The notes: generated from the letters alone by a model not told the origin. 30,147 nucleotides of DNA from Candidatus Magasanikbacteria bacterium RIFCSPHIGHO2_02_FULL_50_9b (GCA_001782975.1 MFQD01000018.1:9658-39804); one strand, 5' to 3'; counted from the first letter of the stretch, positions 8,866 to 17,557 are shown. A program made the numbers and translations.

Positions 8866-9282
8866 ATGTTTGGTGCATACAAAACAAAAGCAAATAAGAT
8901 TACCGGCATCACATGGGCTGAAATTGGAAAAAAAGCGATGATGCATTTTAAAATTATTGCGGCGCGAACCAAGCGACGGCCGTATGTGCGGTCTGCATAT
9001 TTTCGTAAGGAGAAAATTTTTCTTGAATTATTCTGGCATCATTTGTACGAAAAGCAAAACGTACGAGATAAAGCGCGTCGCGCAAAATATTTTTTGTGCG
9101 CGATAGAACTGATCGAACATTCGCGAATTGCGCCAACGGTAAAGGAAAATCCAAACCGGCACGGCGAGATGTTATATCGATTTTTTGGTACGGCGGCAAA
9201 CGGTGATGCATTCGTGGTGCAAATAAAAGAGGTGAAGCGTACGGGCGAAAAATGGTTGATGTCTGTGTTTCCGAAAGAATAA
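8866..9282 (+). CDS. Small basic hypothetical protein, possible BECR/RelE-like RNase toxin
   Basis: 138 aa, very basic, C-terminal beta pattern LYRFFG..FVVQIKE..WLMSVFP; fold assignment is inference. Confidence 0.55.
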   Translation: MFGAYKTKANKITGITWAEIGKKAMMHFKIIAARTKRRPYVRSAYFRKEKIFLELFWHHLYEKQNVRDKARRAKYFLCAIELIEHSRIAPTVKENPNRHGEMLYRFFGTAANGDAFVVQIKEVKRTGEKWLMSVFPKE

Positions 9283-9299
9283 GCGAACGTTTGGTGGCT

Positions 9300-9361
9300 T
9301 TAAAACAGAAAAAGGCATCCGCCAAGTTGTGGTGTATAAACCACGGAGGAAACCTTTCTCT
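9300..9361 (-). ncRNA. Predicted convergent small RNA 1 (candidate antitoxin)
   Basis: Minus-strand TTGACA (9392-9397)-18-TGcTATTCT (9368-9373); hairpin AAAGG/CCTTT with inner GTGGT/ACCAC; U-rich tail on the minus strand. Confidence 0.55.
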
Positions 9362-9397
9362 ATTTAGAGAATAGCACGGCACGCAAAATGTTGTCAA

Positions 9398-9446
9398 ATA
9401 AAAATCAGCCACCCGATCCGCGTGTTGAAGCGCGGGAAGGGTGGCT
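9398..9446 (-). terminator. Terminator of the yerC-astE-GNAT operon
   Basis: AGCCACCC (9407-9414)/GGGTGGCT (9439-9446), inner CCGCG/CGCGG, minus-strand U-tract. Confidence 0.75.
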
Positions 9447-9451
9447 TTGTG

Positions 9452-9955
9452 CTACAGTTTTCCAGCCATGATAATCCGGCGGCCAGACTGCTCTGCAACA
9501 ATCTGCATGCCACGCTTGTCCACGCACAAGTGCTGAATGATCGGTTGATCAATGGACGTGCGGACAACAGCCGTGGTGAAGTGGTGATCGAGTGCCGTGG
9601 CAAAGATCGCATCCATCAACTGGTTTGCAATGCCAGACAACCGCGCGCCACGCGACACAAACACTTCGCTCAAGTAGAATGCGTCGCGCCACTCGGGATT
9701 GATGAGCGCATACACATCCTGTTGCTCGCGCACGTGGTAGCCCAGACAGCCGCCAACCACAACGCCGTTGTGGTGCGCCGCAAGAAAGTGTGAGTCAGCG
9801 CTGTGCGCATGTGCAGCGAATTTGTCACGCAGCGTCGTCGCATCGTATTCTTCAAACCACGGCGGTTCGGCGAAACACGCGCGGTACAGCGCAACAAGCG
9901 AATCAATATCAGTGGATTGAACAGAGTGAATGTCGAGGTGATTTTGATTGTTCAC
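9452..9955 (-). CDS. GNAT family N-acetyltransferase
   Basis: FAEPPWFE, YLSEVFVSRGARLSGIANQL (motif A); AGGAG SD before a GTG that overlaps the upstream TGA. Confidence 0.85.
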   Translation of the reverse strand: MNNQNHLDIHSVQSTDIDSLVALYRACFAEPPWFEEYDATTLRDKFAAHAHSADSHFLAAHHNGVVVGGCLGYHVREQQDVYALINPEWRDAFYLSEVFVSRGARLSGIANQLMDAIFATALDHHFTTAVVRTSIDQPIIQHLCVDKRGMQIVAEQSGRRIIMAGKL

Positions 9956-10668
9956 GAGAAATCTCCTGTGTAGCGGCGCAGTTTGTAGCAAACGACGCCG
10001 GTTGTTGGTTGGTAGGTGCCGACAAACAAGGACACAAACGATTCATTATTTATAGTCACCGAACCAAATTCAGTGAGCTGTTGTTGTGGTGTGTCGCGCA
10101 GCGAGCCATGCACTTCATAAATTTCGCGCGTTGCAAGTGTTGTGCGCCAATCAATAGGCGCGGACACATCACTCGCTAAAAATTCTGTGAGAATTTTGGT
10201 GAGCGCTTGCTCTGTTTCTGGCGCATTTTTATTTCCACATTCAATTTCTAATCCACATGGCACAAACTCACTTAAGGGTCCTTTCAACTCTGCGCTGAAA
10301 CTTGGCCATACTACAATTCGTTGCACATTGAGCCGTGCGGCAAGTGCAAAGTTTTCTGCACACGGGTTGGTAATGATCAAGAAGATGCCCGTTGGCTCTG
10401 TAGCACCATGCAGATCGATCGTATATTGATAGTCCTGTGCGCGCGTGATTATTTCTGCAGCGCGGCGGCTGGCATACTGTGGTGAATTTACGTCTCCGGG
10501 CGCACTACGGTTAAGATCACCTTCAAATTCTCTGGTGCCTTGCTCAAACGCGCGGGGGTTTCCGATAAGCCAATCGAATGTGTCGTGAGTGTTTGAGAGG
10601 CGGAGCAAGACATTGACGCCAATTGGTTCGTTTCCATGCGTGCCGCCGATGAATAATATTTTTTTCAT
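9952..10668 (-). CDS. Succinylglutamate desuccinylase/aspartoacylase (AstE/AspA) family
   Basis: IGGTHGNEPIG, DLNRSAPG, TIDLHG, LEIECG zinc-carboxypeptidase motifs; start at MKKILF. Confidence 0.88.
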   Translation of the reverse strand: MKKILFIGGTHGNEPIGVNVLLRLSNTHDTFDWLIGNPRAFEQGTREFEGDLNRSAPGDVNSPQYASRRAAEIITRAQDYQYTIDLHGATEPTGIFLIITNPCAENFALAARLNVQRIVVWPSFSAELKGPLSEFVPCGLEIECGNKNAPETEQALTKILTEFLASDVSAPIDWRTTLATREIYEVHGSLRDTPQQQLTEFGSVTINNESFVSLFVGTYQPTTGVVCYKLRRYTGDFS

Positions 10669-10751
10669 AGTTGGGAAGTTGAATAATGAATGAATAATAA
10701 AGTACCCTCTCTGCGGAGAGGGTTTTGCACGGATTGATGTCCAGCAAAAAT

Positions 10752-11066
10752 CTACTCTACAGAGAGGCGTGTATGGTGGTGCGTATGATGTTGTGCTGTT
10801 TTGATTGCAGTACGATAACCGCCGGTACCGCGCGTCAGCCATTTTGAAATACGAGCAATGGTAGTGGAACTCAAACCAGTTTTTTTCTGGATTGTTTCAT
10901 ACGTTTCCTGCGCGGCCAGAAGTTGTGCAGTACGCCAGCGCCGAGAAAATTCAGTAATTTCTTCAGCTGTCAATAAATCGCGCAAAAAGAATCCCATTTG
11001 TTTTGGATTTTTGATGCGCGTGAGCGCACGAAAGAGATCTTGTGATTGAGGAGTGTCCCAGCGCAT
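10752..11066 (-). CDS. YerC/YecD TrpR-like transcriptional regulator
   Basis: FLRDLLTAEEI..FSRRW..AQLL..ETYETIQKKTGLSSTTIARISKWL..GTGGY; His-rich C-terminus. Confidence 0.9.
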   Translation of the reverse strand: MRWDTPQSQDLFRALTRIKNPKQMGFFLRDLLTAEEITEFSRRWRTAQLLAAQETYETIQKKTGLSSTTIARISKWLTRGTGGYRTAIKTAQHHTHHHTRLSVE

Positions 11067-11073
11067 ATGAGGG

Positions 11074-11110
11074 AGCATACCAGAGGATAATACTTTAGTC
11101 AAGTAAAGTA
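11074..11110 (-). promoter_or_regulatory. Promoter with overlapping palindromic operator for the YerC-like gene
   Basis: TTGACT (11097-11102)-17-TATGCT (11074-11079); palindrome TACTTTA-N6-TAAAGTA at 11091-11110 covers the -35; ATG follows the -10 after a 7-nt gap. Confidence 0.75.
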
Positions 11111-11126
11111 TTCCACAGCCAATTTT

Positions 11127-11555
11127 TTATGTGGCGAATGGCGAAGTTTTGAGAAGAATTTTTGATTCCGTTGGAGTGACAATTTTTTTTCGCTCGAGCG
11201 TAACGACGACATCGTCGGTACGGCCATCACATTTTTTGAGCAGTGATCTGATTTCATCGCGAAACTCGCTGAACATTTTGGTGGTATGAGCTTTTACGTC
11301 TTCACCAATTTCGACGCGGAGCTCTGTAGTGAGTTCAGTTTTGAGTTCTGTTTTGAGCTCTTGCTTGAATACACCGAGCCGTTCTTCAAGCACATCGTGA
11401 AGTTCATCGTGCGTGACCACGACACTGACTAAATATTGCTGTGTTTCGATGAGATCTTCGACATTGCGCATCAAACAAGTGAGCGCATTGATAACAAATG
11501 CCTCAAAAGGATTTTGCGGCGCGGGAATGACTGCTGCTGTTGCCCCCTGCAACAT
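11127..11555 (-). CDS. Hypothetical coiled-coil protein with ELKT repeats
   Basis: KQELKTELKTELTTELRVE heptad-like run. Confidence 0.65.
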   Translation of the reverse strand: MLQGATAAVIPAPQNPFEAFVINALTCLMRNVEDLIETQQYLVSVVVTHDELHDVLEERLGVFKQELKTELKTELTTELRVEIGEDVKAHTTKMFSEFRDEIRSLLKKCDGRTDDVVVTLERKKIVTPTESKILLKTSPFAT

Positions 11556-11736
11556 ACGAAAAAAAGTTAGTGACTGATGAAGTTGAGTATAGCAGGGAAT
11601 GGTTGTGCGTCATGGTGTGTATGATGTGGGAAAAGTGTGAGTACTGTGTGGATTGATTGACATTTTTTCTATCTGCTGCTACTCTTTTCACATTCGCCAC
11701 TACACAAATAACTTCGGCGAAATAAGGGAGGGCGCA

Positions 11737-12669
11737 ATGCCCACACTGCAACATGAAATTTCTGGGGCTTCGAGCAGTGACCACGTCAGCTATTGGGGGC
11801 CCGGCGCCCTCGGCCTCACGGTTACCGAACCGTTTGACGCCATGAACGGCATTCAGTGCGAGCGTGCGTTGCATGAGGCAGAGGCGGCGGACGGACCGGT
11901 GAACGTGCTCAAGGTCGGGTTCTGGGATCCGAGGAATCCGGAAGGCGCTGACCCCAACGAGGTGGTCGTGGACTTCACGGATGCGCAGATCCAAGATCCG
12001 GCGTTCGAGACGGTTGGCGGTCTTTCGTTCCGCGCGCGGCAGAAGTCCAACATCGGCGTTGTGCGCAATCCGCGCGCCGCTCGCACGAATTTCGGGTTCC
12101 GCGTTGCAGATTCTCACTGGGGCGTGCTGCTCGTGTACTCTTCGGATAGCACGGAAATCGCCGCCATGTTCTTCTTCCACCTCGGCCTCAAGTGCGTCAT
12201 GCCGGAGCGGCCGGGCGGCAAGAGCGTGTTCGAAACGGCTCTGGCGTGGTGCGATGAGCAGGGGATCAAGATCTCGGACGCTGACCTCTTCACCGACGGT
12301 GGCGTGCAGCAGTGCTGCTACGCACACCCGAACGTGGACACGCTGCGTCAGCAGGTTGCGGCGCGGTACGGCGATGGACTCGCCAACGGGGGTGAGCTTT
12401 TTCCGCCGGAAGTTGTCGTGAATCCGCCACACACTGGCCATTTTTCGATCAGCTTGCCGGAGCTGATCCGCGGTGAGTTTCGGCGCACATGGTGCGCGCG
12501 CGAAGACAACGCCTATAGCCAATCCTACGGTGACACGTGCACGGCGTGCTACGGCTTCTACGCCGCGCAAGATCCGAGCCGGCGCCTGCTCTACTCGCAC
12601 GCGCGTGGCGACGGACTGAAGCGCAACCTGTGCGTCGTGTCGTTCGATACTTCGCCCGACGGTGATTAG
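11737..12669 (+). CDS. Divergent YfiH/PgeF (laccase-domain / purine nucleoside phosphorylase) family protein
   Basis: VADS, FHLG, GGVQQCCY, DTCTAC, YSHAR..RNL match family order; GGAGG SD; promoter TTGACA-17-TACTCT upstream. Confidence 0.7.
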   Translation: MPTLQHEISGASSSDHVSYWGPGALGLTVTEPFDAMNGIQCERALHEAEAADGPVNVLKVGFWDPRNPEGADPNEVVVDFTDAQIQDPAFETVGGLSFRARQKSNIGVVRNPRAARTNFGFRVADSHWGVLLVYSSDSTEIAAMFFFHLGLKCVMPERPGGKSVFETALAWCDEQGIKISDADLFTDGGVQQCCYAHPNVDTLRQQVAARYGDGLANGGELFPPEVVVNPPHTGHFSISLPELIRGEFRRTWCAREDNAYSQSYGDTCTACYGFYAAQDPSRRLLYSHARGDGLKRNLCVVSFDTSPDGD

Positions 12670-12701
12670 TCGCTGAATCAGCGTCTCGGCGCGCACAACA
12701 A

Positions 12702-12746
12702 CACCCCAACTTGAACGGAAACGTTTGGCTGGGGTGCAATTTTTTT
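12702..12746 (+). terminator. Intrinsic terminator
   Basis: CACCCCA/TGGGGTG stem with inner AACG-GAAA-CGTT, followed by T-run. Confidence 0.75.
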
Positions 12747-12792
12747 CAAGTTTGACGGCAACGGAATAATTTTGTAATATCTCTCCAACTAT

Positions 12793-13179
12793 ATGGAGGG
12801 GAAATTATTCGGTGAATGGAATTTTTTGAAACAACGATTGAGCGCTGAAGCGATTGCGCATTTTTGTCGTGAGCGAGAGATCTGGGTATGTTCGATTGGA
12901 AAAAATGTTGGCCGCGAACAAAACGGAAAGCGCGAAATGTTTCAGCGGCCGGTTTTGGTGGTGCGGAAATTCGGGAGCGGCATATTTTTTGCAATTCCAT
13001 TGACGAGTACCGTGAGATGCAACGATTTATTTCTGCAAATTAGCGGTGGATCATTTTTGGTTTTAAATCAACTTAAAGTTTTTGATATGCGGCGACTCAT
13101 TCGAAAAATGAGACGGCTGGATGAATGTGAGTTTGAGTATGTGATGTCACAAGTGAGACGCGTAGTGTTCGGAAAATAA
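12793..13179 (+). CDS. PemK/MazF-like endoribonuclease toxin (orphan)
   Basis: REIWVCSIGKNVGREQNGK..FQRPVLVVRKF..FFAIPLTS..LNQLKVFDMRRL; promoter TTGACG (12752)-17-TAATAT. Confidence 0.85.
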   Translation: MEGKLFGEWNFLKQRLSAEAIAHFCREREIWVCSIGKNVGREQNGKREMFQRPVLVVRKFGSGIFFAIPLTSTVRCNDLFLQISGGSFLVLNQLKVFDMRRLIRKMRRLDECEFEYVMSQVRRVVFGK

Positions 13180-13223
13180 TACGGCCGCCCGTGAAGGCGG
13201 CCTCGAACCCGATTGGGTAGTGT
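13172..13223 (-). ncRNA. Predicted convergent small RNA 2 (candidate antitoxin)
   Basis: Minus-strand TTGACT (13253-13258)-17-TATACT (13230-13235); ACCC/GGGT hairpin then GGCCGCC/GGCGGCC terminator (13183-13202) with minus-strand U-rich tail. Confidence 0.6.
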
Positions 13224-13323
13224 GAGTAGAGTATATGTGGAGTTGAGTTGGTAGTCAAATAGAAAATCAGCCACCCGACCCGCGCCTTGTCAAAAAATCA
13301 ATCATTCGTTACACTCGTTGCAT

Positions 13324-13662
13324 ATGATTCACGAACTGAAGCTTCAGCCAGCGCCATTCAATGCCATCACGGCCGGTACCAAGGGAATCGAATGTCGTTT
13401 GTATGATGAAAAACGTCAGCAAATTCAACTGGGCGATACGTTAATTTTTAAACGCAATCCGGAATTGGAGCAAACGATTTCGGCGGAAGTTATCGGCCTT
13501 TTACGTTACCCAACTTTTTCAGCATTATTTGCCGATTTTTCGCCGCAAATGTTTGGTGGCGAAAGCGTGGAGGCGCTCGAGAAATTAATTTACAGCTTTT
13601 ATTCAAAAGAAGATGAGGCAAAATTCGGGGTGTTGGGGATTCGGATTCGGTTGGTGGACTAG
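13324..13662 (+). CDS. ASCH domain protein
   Basis: HELKL..PFNAI..GTKGIECRLYDEKRQQIQLGD..F. Confidence 0.9.
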   Translation: MIHELKLQPAPFNAITAGTKGIECRLYDEKRQQIQLGDTLIFKRNPELEQTISAEVIGLLRYPTFSALFADFSPQMFGGESVEALEKLIYSFYSKEDEAKFGVLGIRIRLVD

Positions 13663-13781
13663 TTGACTCAGATCAATAAAAGTGTTAGGCTTTGGATAAT
13701 CAAGCTCGGAAAGTCCGTGATTGATTATTAGTTCCACACACAAGGTGCGCAGTGCATTCTTGGTGGAACTCGGAGGCCATC

Positions 13782-15149
13782 ATGGCTGACAGTGTCGTGG
13801 TTGTGCAAAAGCACGTCGTCATCCGGGAAGCCCGGGAGGGTGATTTCAATTTCGTCGCACGCATCATGGAGGAGGCGCTGCCCGAGTGGTACAACGGTGA
13901 CCACGGAGCGCATGCAACCCGCATCTACGACGCGCACATGGCCGGCGGCACGGATAACGTCGGGCACTTTTCTGCCGAGCAGCACATGTTCATCATCGAG
14001 GTGAATGGTTGGCGGGCGGGAATGGTGCATCTCGTGGTCAAGAAGCAGAGGACGACCAAGATCAGCCCGCTTATCGTCGCAAAGGAGTTTCAGGGCGTCG
14101 GCGGTCTCGGGTCAAAGTTGCTCGCGCACGCGGAAGCGTTTGCGCGCGAACATGGCTCGCGGCAGATCTACGCAACCGTTGCCGAAAGCAACGGCAAGGC
14201 GTACGGTTTCTTCCGTCACATGGGTTATTCCGTGGCTGGCAAGTCGCCAAGCCACTACAAGCCCGGTAGCACGGAAGTCATGATCTATAAGCCGCTCGAC
14301 GACGTGAAGGCCATCGAAGAGCGTGATCGTCAGCACATTTCGGTCCGCGAATTCGATGAGGAGCAGCACGGCGAACAGGTTCGTGCGCTGATTCTCGAAA
14401 AGCTCGCGCCACAGTTTGATGGCGTGGACGATTCGTGGATCGACGCATTGTACGCCGGCTACCGGCGGCGGCACACGCGCGAGGTGAATGCGAAGTTCAA
14501 GCTCGTGTACGTTGCCGTTGACAGCGATGGAGTGGTGCTGGGCGTTGTTGGTTGCACCCCCAAGAAGGGTGAGCCGATCAAGCTCATGCCCTGCGTTGCA
14601 AAGACGCCGGAAGCGTTTGCTGCGCTGCTCATCGACATTCCGTACATGCTGCGCGCGTTCGGTCGCAAGCTGTATGTGCACTGTGTCCCTTCGGTTCCGG
14701 AGGTCATGGTGCTGCAGCGGCTGGGCTGGCTGCAGAACGCGCAGATGCCAGCTGCGTACCACATTAAATTCTCCACCCAGCAGTGGAGCAACGACTTGGA
14801 GATCACTATGAATCGGAACATTCGCGTCAAGGGACATTTGCTTCGTCAGATCAAGCGGGGGGACAAGACCCTTGAAGTGCGCGCCGGCTACCCCAACATC
14901 AAGGAAATTAAGCAGGGCGACACCATCCACTTCATGTCCTCGGACGAAGAGTGCGATGTGCGCGTCAAGGGCGTGCGCGTGTTCCCGAACATCGACGCGA
15001 TGATGGGCAAAGAAGATCACACGCGGATCGCTGCGGACATGTCGCGTCAGGGCGTCGTCGATTTGCTGCACAGCATTTACCCGCCGGCAAAGGAACGGCT
15101 GGGTATCTACGTGTTCGAGATCGAAGTCGTGCGGGGCGCGCGCGGCTAG
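13782..15149 (+). CDS. GNAT-GNAT-ASCH fusion protein
   Basis: KISPLIVAKEFQGVGGLGSKLL (GNAT 1), second GNAT-like half from about ISVREF, C-terminal IKRGDKTLEVRAGYPNIKEIKQGD (ASCH); GGAGG SD. Confidence 0.82.
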   Translation: MADSVVVVQKHVVIREAREGDFNFVARIMEEALPEWYNGDHGAHATRIYDAHMAGGTDNVGHFSAEQHMFIIEVNGWRAGMVHLVVKKQRTTKISPLIVAKEFQGVGGLGSKLLAHAEAFAREHGSRQIYATVAESNGKAYGFFRHMGYSVAGKSPSHYKPGSTEVMIYKPLDDVKAIEERDRQHISVREFDEEQHGEQVRALILEKLAPQFDGVDDSWIDALYAGYRRRHTREVNAKFKLVYVAVDSDGVVLGVVGCTPKKGEPIKLMPCVAKTPEAFAALLIDIPYMLRAFGRKLYVHCVPSVPEVMVLQRLGWLQNAQMPAAYHIKFSTQQWSNDLEITMNRNIRVKGHLLRQIKRGDKTLEVRAGYPNIKEIKQGDTIHFMSSDEECDVRVKGVRVFPNIDAMMGKEDHTRIAADMSRQGVVDLLHSIYPPAKERLGIYVFEIEVVRGARG

Positions 15150-15182
15150 TCAACAACAAGTGAGGTGGTGTACTACCACGTG

Positions 15183-15221
15183 AGCCGTTACATCTTTGGG
15201 GGAGTGTGACGGCTTCATTTT
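15183..15221 (+). terminator. Intrinsic terminator
   Basis: AGCCGTTAC/GTGACGGCT stem followed by T-rich tract. Confidence 0.7.
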
Positions 15222-15281
15222 AATTTGACAGCGTGATTGATTTTGTTTAACATCGCACCATAACAAAACATAAGGGGAGGT

Positions 15282-15683
15282 ATGTTTGAAATCATCGAAA
15301 TTTTTTGTTCATGGTGTCGCCAGAAAATTGCGCTGCATATTGCCGAACACCAGCCGCTGTTGTTTAAGCAGGGCGAGGTGTGGTGGTGCAGTTTTGGCAT
15401 GAACATTGGCGACGAGTTATATGGCAAGGGCGAAAAATTCGCGCGGCCGGTGTTGGTGTTGAAAAAATTTAGCCGGAATATTTTTTTGGCGCTGCCACTG
15501 ACTTCGGTTGAACGATGCGGCTCGTGGTATGTGGAAATGGAATTGCGCGGCACGCGGCGATGGATTATTTTAAATCAATCGCGAACGTTGGATGCACGCC
15601 GGTTGCTCGAAAACGTCGGCACGGTTGATTTACAGACGCTGAATAATGTTCGCGAGCAGTTTATAAAATTACTGACCTCATAA
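15282..15683 (+). CDS. PemK/MazF-like endoribonuclease toxin (orphan)
   Basis: FKQGEVWWCSFGMNIGDELYGKGEKFARPVLVLKKF..LALPLTS..LNQSRTLDARRL; promoter TTGACA (15225)-17-TAACAT. Confidence 0.87.
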   Translation: MFEIIEIFCSWCRQKIALHIAEHQPLLFKQGEVWWCSFGMNIGDELYGKGEKFARPVLVLKKFSRNIFLALPLTSVERCGSWYVEMELRGTRRWIILNQSRTLDARRLLENVGTVDLQTLNNVREQFIKLLTS

Positions 15684-15756
15684 AATCCAATCGCGGCCAT
15701 TGCTGGCCGCGATTATTGGGTTTCCCCGAAGATGGGATCTCCGAATCGGAGATCGT
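15682..15756 (-). ncRNA. Predicted convergent small RNA 3 (candidate antitoxin)
   Basis: Minus-strand TTGACA (15786-15791)-17-TATATT (15763-15768); GATCTCCG/CGGAGATC hairpin and 11-bp AATCGCGGCCA/TGGCCGCGATT terminator. Confidence 0.62.
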
Positions 15757-15833
15757 GCGTTGAATATACTGCGGGCAAAAGAAGTTGTCAAGCACGCTGT
15801 TTTCCGCTACCATACCACTATAATTTCCAATCT

Positions 15834-17048
15834 ATGGCCAAGCCCCACACCGCGAAAATCTCCACCGACCCCGCAAAAATCTCCCAAATCCTAGACCGTG
15901 GCGTGGCCGAATGTATTGTACGCGAAGATTTGGAGGCCAAGCTAAAAGCCGGCGCGCCATTACGAATCAAATTGGGCATTGACCCAACGTCACCCAACCT
16001 GCATCTCGGCCGCTCAATCCCGCTGCTAAAATTGCGTGACTTCCAAGAACTCGGCCATCAAGTAGTATTCATCGTCGGCGACTTCACGGGCATCATCGGC
16101 GACACGTCGGACAAGGAAGCAGAGCGCCCGATGCTGACAGAGGCGGACATTGCGGCCAACCTCAAAACATACGTCGCGCAGGCGGGCAAAATTATTGACC
16201 TTGACCGCGCGGAAATTCATTTTAATTCGACGTGGCTCGGCAAACTGGGCTTCAAGGAAATTGGCGAGATGGCGAATCATTTTAGCGTGGCGGAATTTAT
16301 CGCGCGCGAAAACATTGCAAAGCGTCTCGACGGCGGCAAGCGCGTGAGTTTGCGCGAGGTGCTGTATCCCTTGATGCAGGCGTACGATTCGGTGGCGATC
16401 ACGGCCGACGTCGAACTCGGCGGCACTGACCAGCGTTTCAATGTGCTCGCCGGCCGTTCGCTGCAACCATTCTATGGCCAGCCCGCGCAAAACATCATTG
16501 TGAATCCGCTCATCGCCGGTCTCGACGGCCGCAAAATGTCGTCGTCGTGGGGCAACACCATCAATTTATTGGACGAGCCCGCGGACATGTATGGCAAGGT
16601 GATGTCGCTCTTGGACGAACTGGTTTTGGAATATTTTATGAACGCAACGCGCATTGATCTCGCCGAAATTGTCGAGATGCGTTCTGCGTTGGCTGCGGGC
16701 ACGAATCCGCGCGATTTAAAAATGCGTTTGGGCCGCGAGATTGTTGGGATGTACTGGGGCGCTGCGGCGGCGGGCGCGGCAGAGGAACATTTTCGGACGG
16801 TGCATCAGCAGGGTGGCGTGCCGGAGGATATGCCGGTGGTGAAAGTTGATTGGGTGCAGGCGGCGTTGGTTGATGTGTTGGTTGAGGTTGGTTTTTGTTC
16901 TTCGAAAAGTGAGGCGCGGCGGCAGATTGAGGAGGGCGGTGTTAAGGTTGATGGGGTTGTGGTTGAGGATGTTGCGGCGATGGTTGAAGCGAAGAAAGAG
17001 GGGGTTGTGGTGCAGAAAGGGAAGAGGTTTTTTGTGAGGATTGTTTGA
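15834..17048 (+). CDS. tyrS: Tyrosine--tRNA ligase
   Basis: KLGIDPTSPNLHLGR, YPLMQAYD, ELGGTDQRFN, GRKMSSS, C-terminal S4 domain (SKSEARRQIEEGGVKVDG). Confidence 0.97.
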   Translation: MAKPHTAKISTDPAKISQILDRGVAECIVREDLEAKLKAGAPLRIKLGIDPTSPNLHLGRSIPLLKLRDFQELGHQVVFIVGDFTGIIGDTSDKEAERPMLTEADIAANLKTYVAQAGKIIDLDRAEIHFNSTWLGKLGFKEIGEMANHFSVAEFIARENIAKRLDGGKRVSLREVLYPLMQAYDSVAITADVELGGTDQRFNVLAGRSLQPFYGQPAQNIIVNPLIAGLDGRKMSSSWGNTINLLDEPADMYGKVMSLLDELVLEYFMNATRIDLAEIVEMRSALAAGTNPRDLKMRLGREIVGMYWGAAAAGAAEEHFRTVHQQGGVPEDMPVVKVDWVQAALVDVLVEVGFCSSKSEARRQIEEGGVKVDGVVVEDVAAMVEAKKEGVVVQKGKRFFVRIV

Positions 17049-17095
17049 TAGTAAGGAATGTATTATGAGGAAGCGTTTTACTATATGATCAAATT

Positions 17096-17557
17096 ATGAA
17101 TTTTGAAGAATTAGTTAAATTTCTTAACTCCACATTTTTTAACACAATTGCTGTTGGAATTGTAGGTGCTTTCGCGTATTGGATAGGAAAAACACAAGCA
17201 AAAATTCAAGACAGTGTGGAATTATATGCATCCTTGGGTATCATGAAGGATATTGCAACTCAAAACGAGAGTAAAATTATTTATATTCAAAATGTTGGAA
17301 CTCGCGTACTTTATTTCGATTCATATGAATTTAATGGAAAGCCTTATGAATTAAATGGTCAGGTGCAAGCACCAACATGCTCTGGAGCAATAAATAGTTT
17401 TTATCGAATTAGTCTGCCTATTAACGGTGAGTGCCATGTCAGCCTGTTTGTTTATTTTCATGATGCAGAAAATAGAAAATGGAAATCAAAAATAATCTGT
17501 GATTTTCAAAATCAGTGGTGGGATATCAAAACCTATCCGAGAGAGTTTTTAAAATGA
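17096..17557 (+). CDS. Hypothetical protein with N-terminal TM helix (AT-rich islet)
   Basis: FFNTIAVGIVGAFAYWIG anchor; low GC versus tyrS. Confidence 0.65.
   Translation: MNFEELVKFLNSTFFNTIAVGIVGAFAYWIGKTQAKIQDSVELYASLGIMKDIATQNESKIIYIQNVGTRVLYFDSYEFNGKPYELNGQVQAPTCSGAINSFYRISLPINGECHVSLFVYFHDAENRKWKSKIICDFQNQWWDIKTYPREFLK

Noticed and set aside
7945-15071. Long minus-strand ORFs 7945-8754, 11503-12696 and 14112-15071
   Set aside because: Antisense shadows of high-GC plus-strand genes that have family motifs and SD sites; no motifs of their own.
15181-15215. Group II intron domain V (GAGCCGT...)
   Set aside because: Only the first bases match; it folds as a simple terminator after the GNAT gene and no intron RT is present.
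2081-15833. N-terminal extensions in the ORF track (2081, 4131, 9991, 10842, 11102, 11653, 13752, 15732)
   Set aside because: They run through promoters, repeats or neighbouring genes; downstream starts match family N-termini or SD positions.
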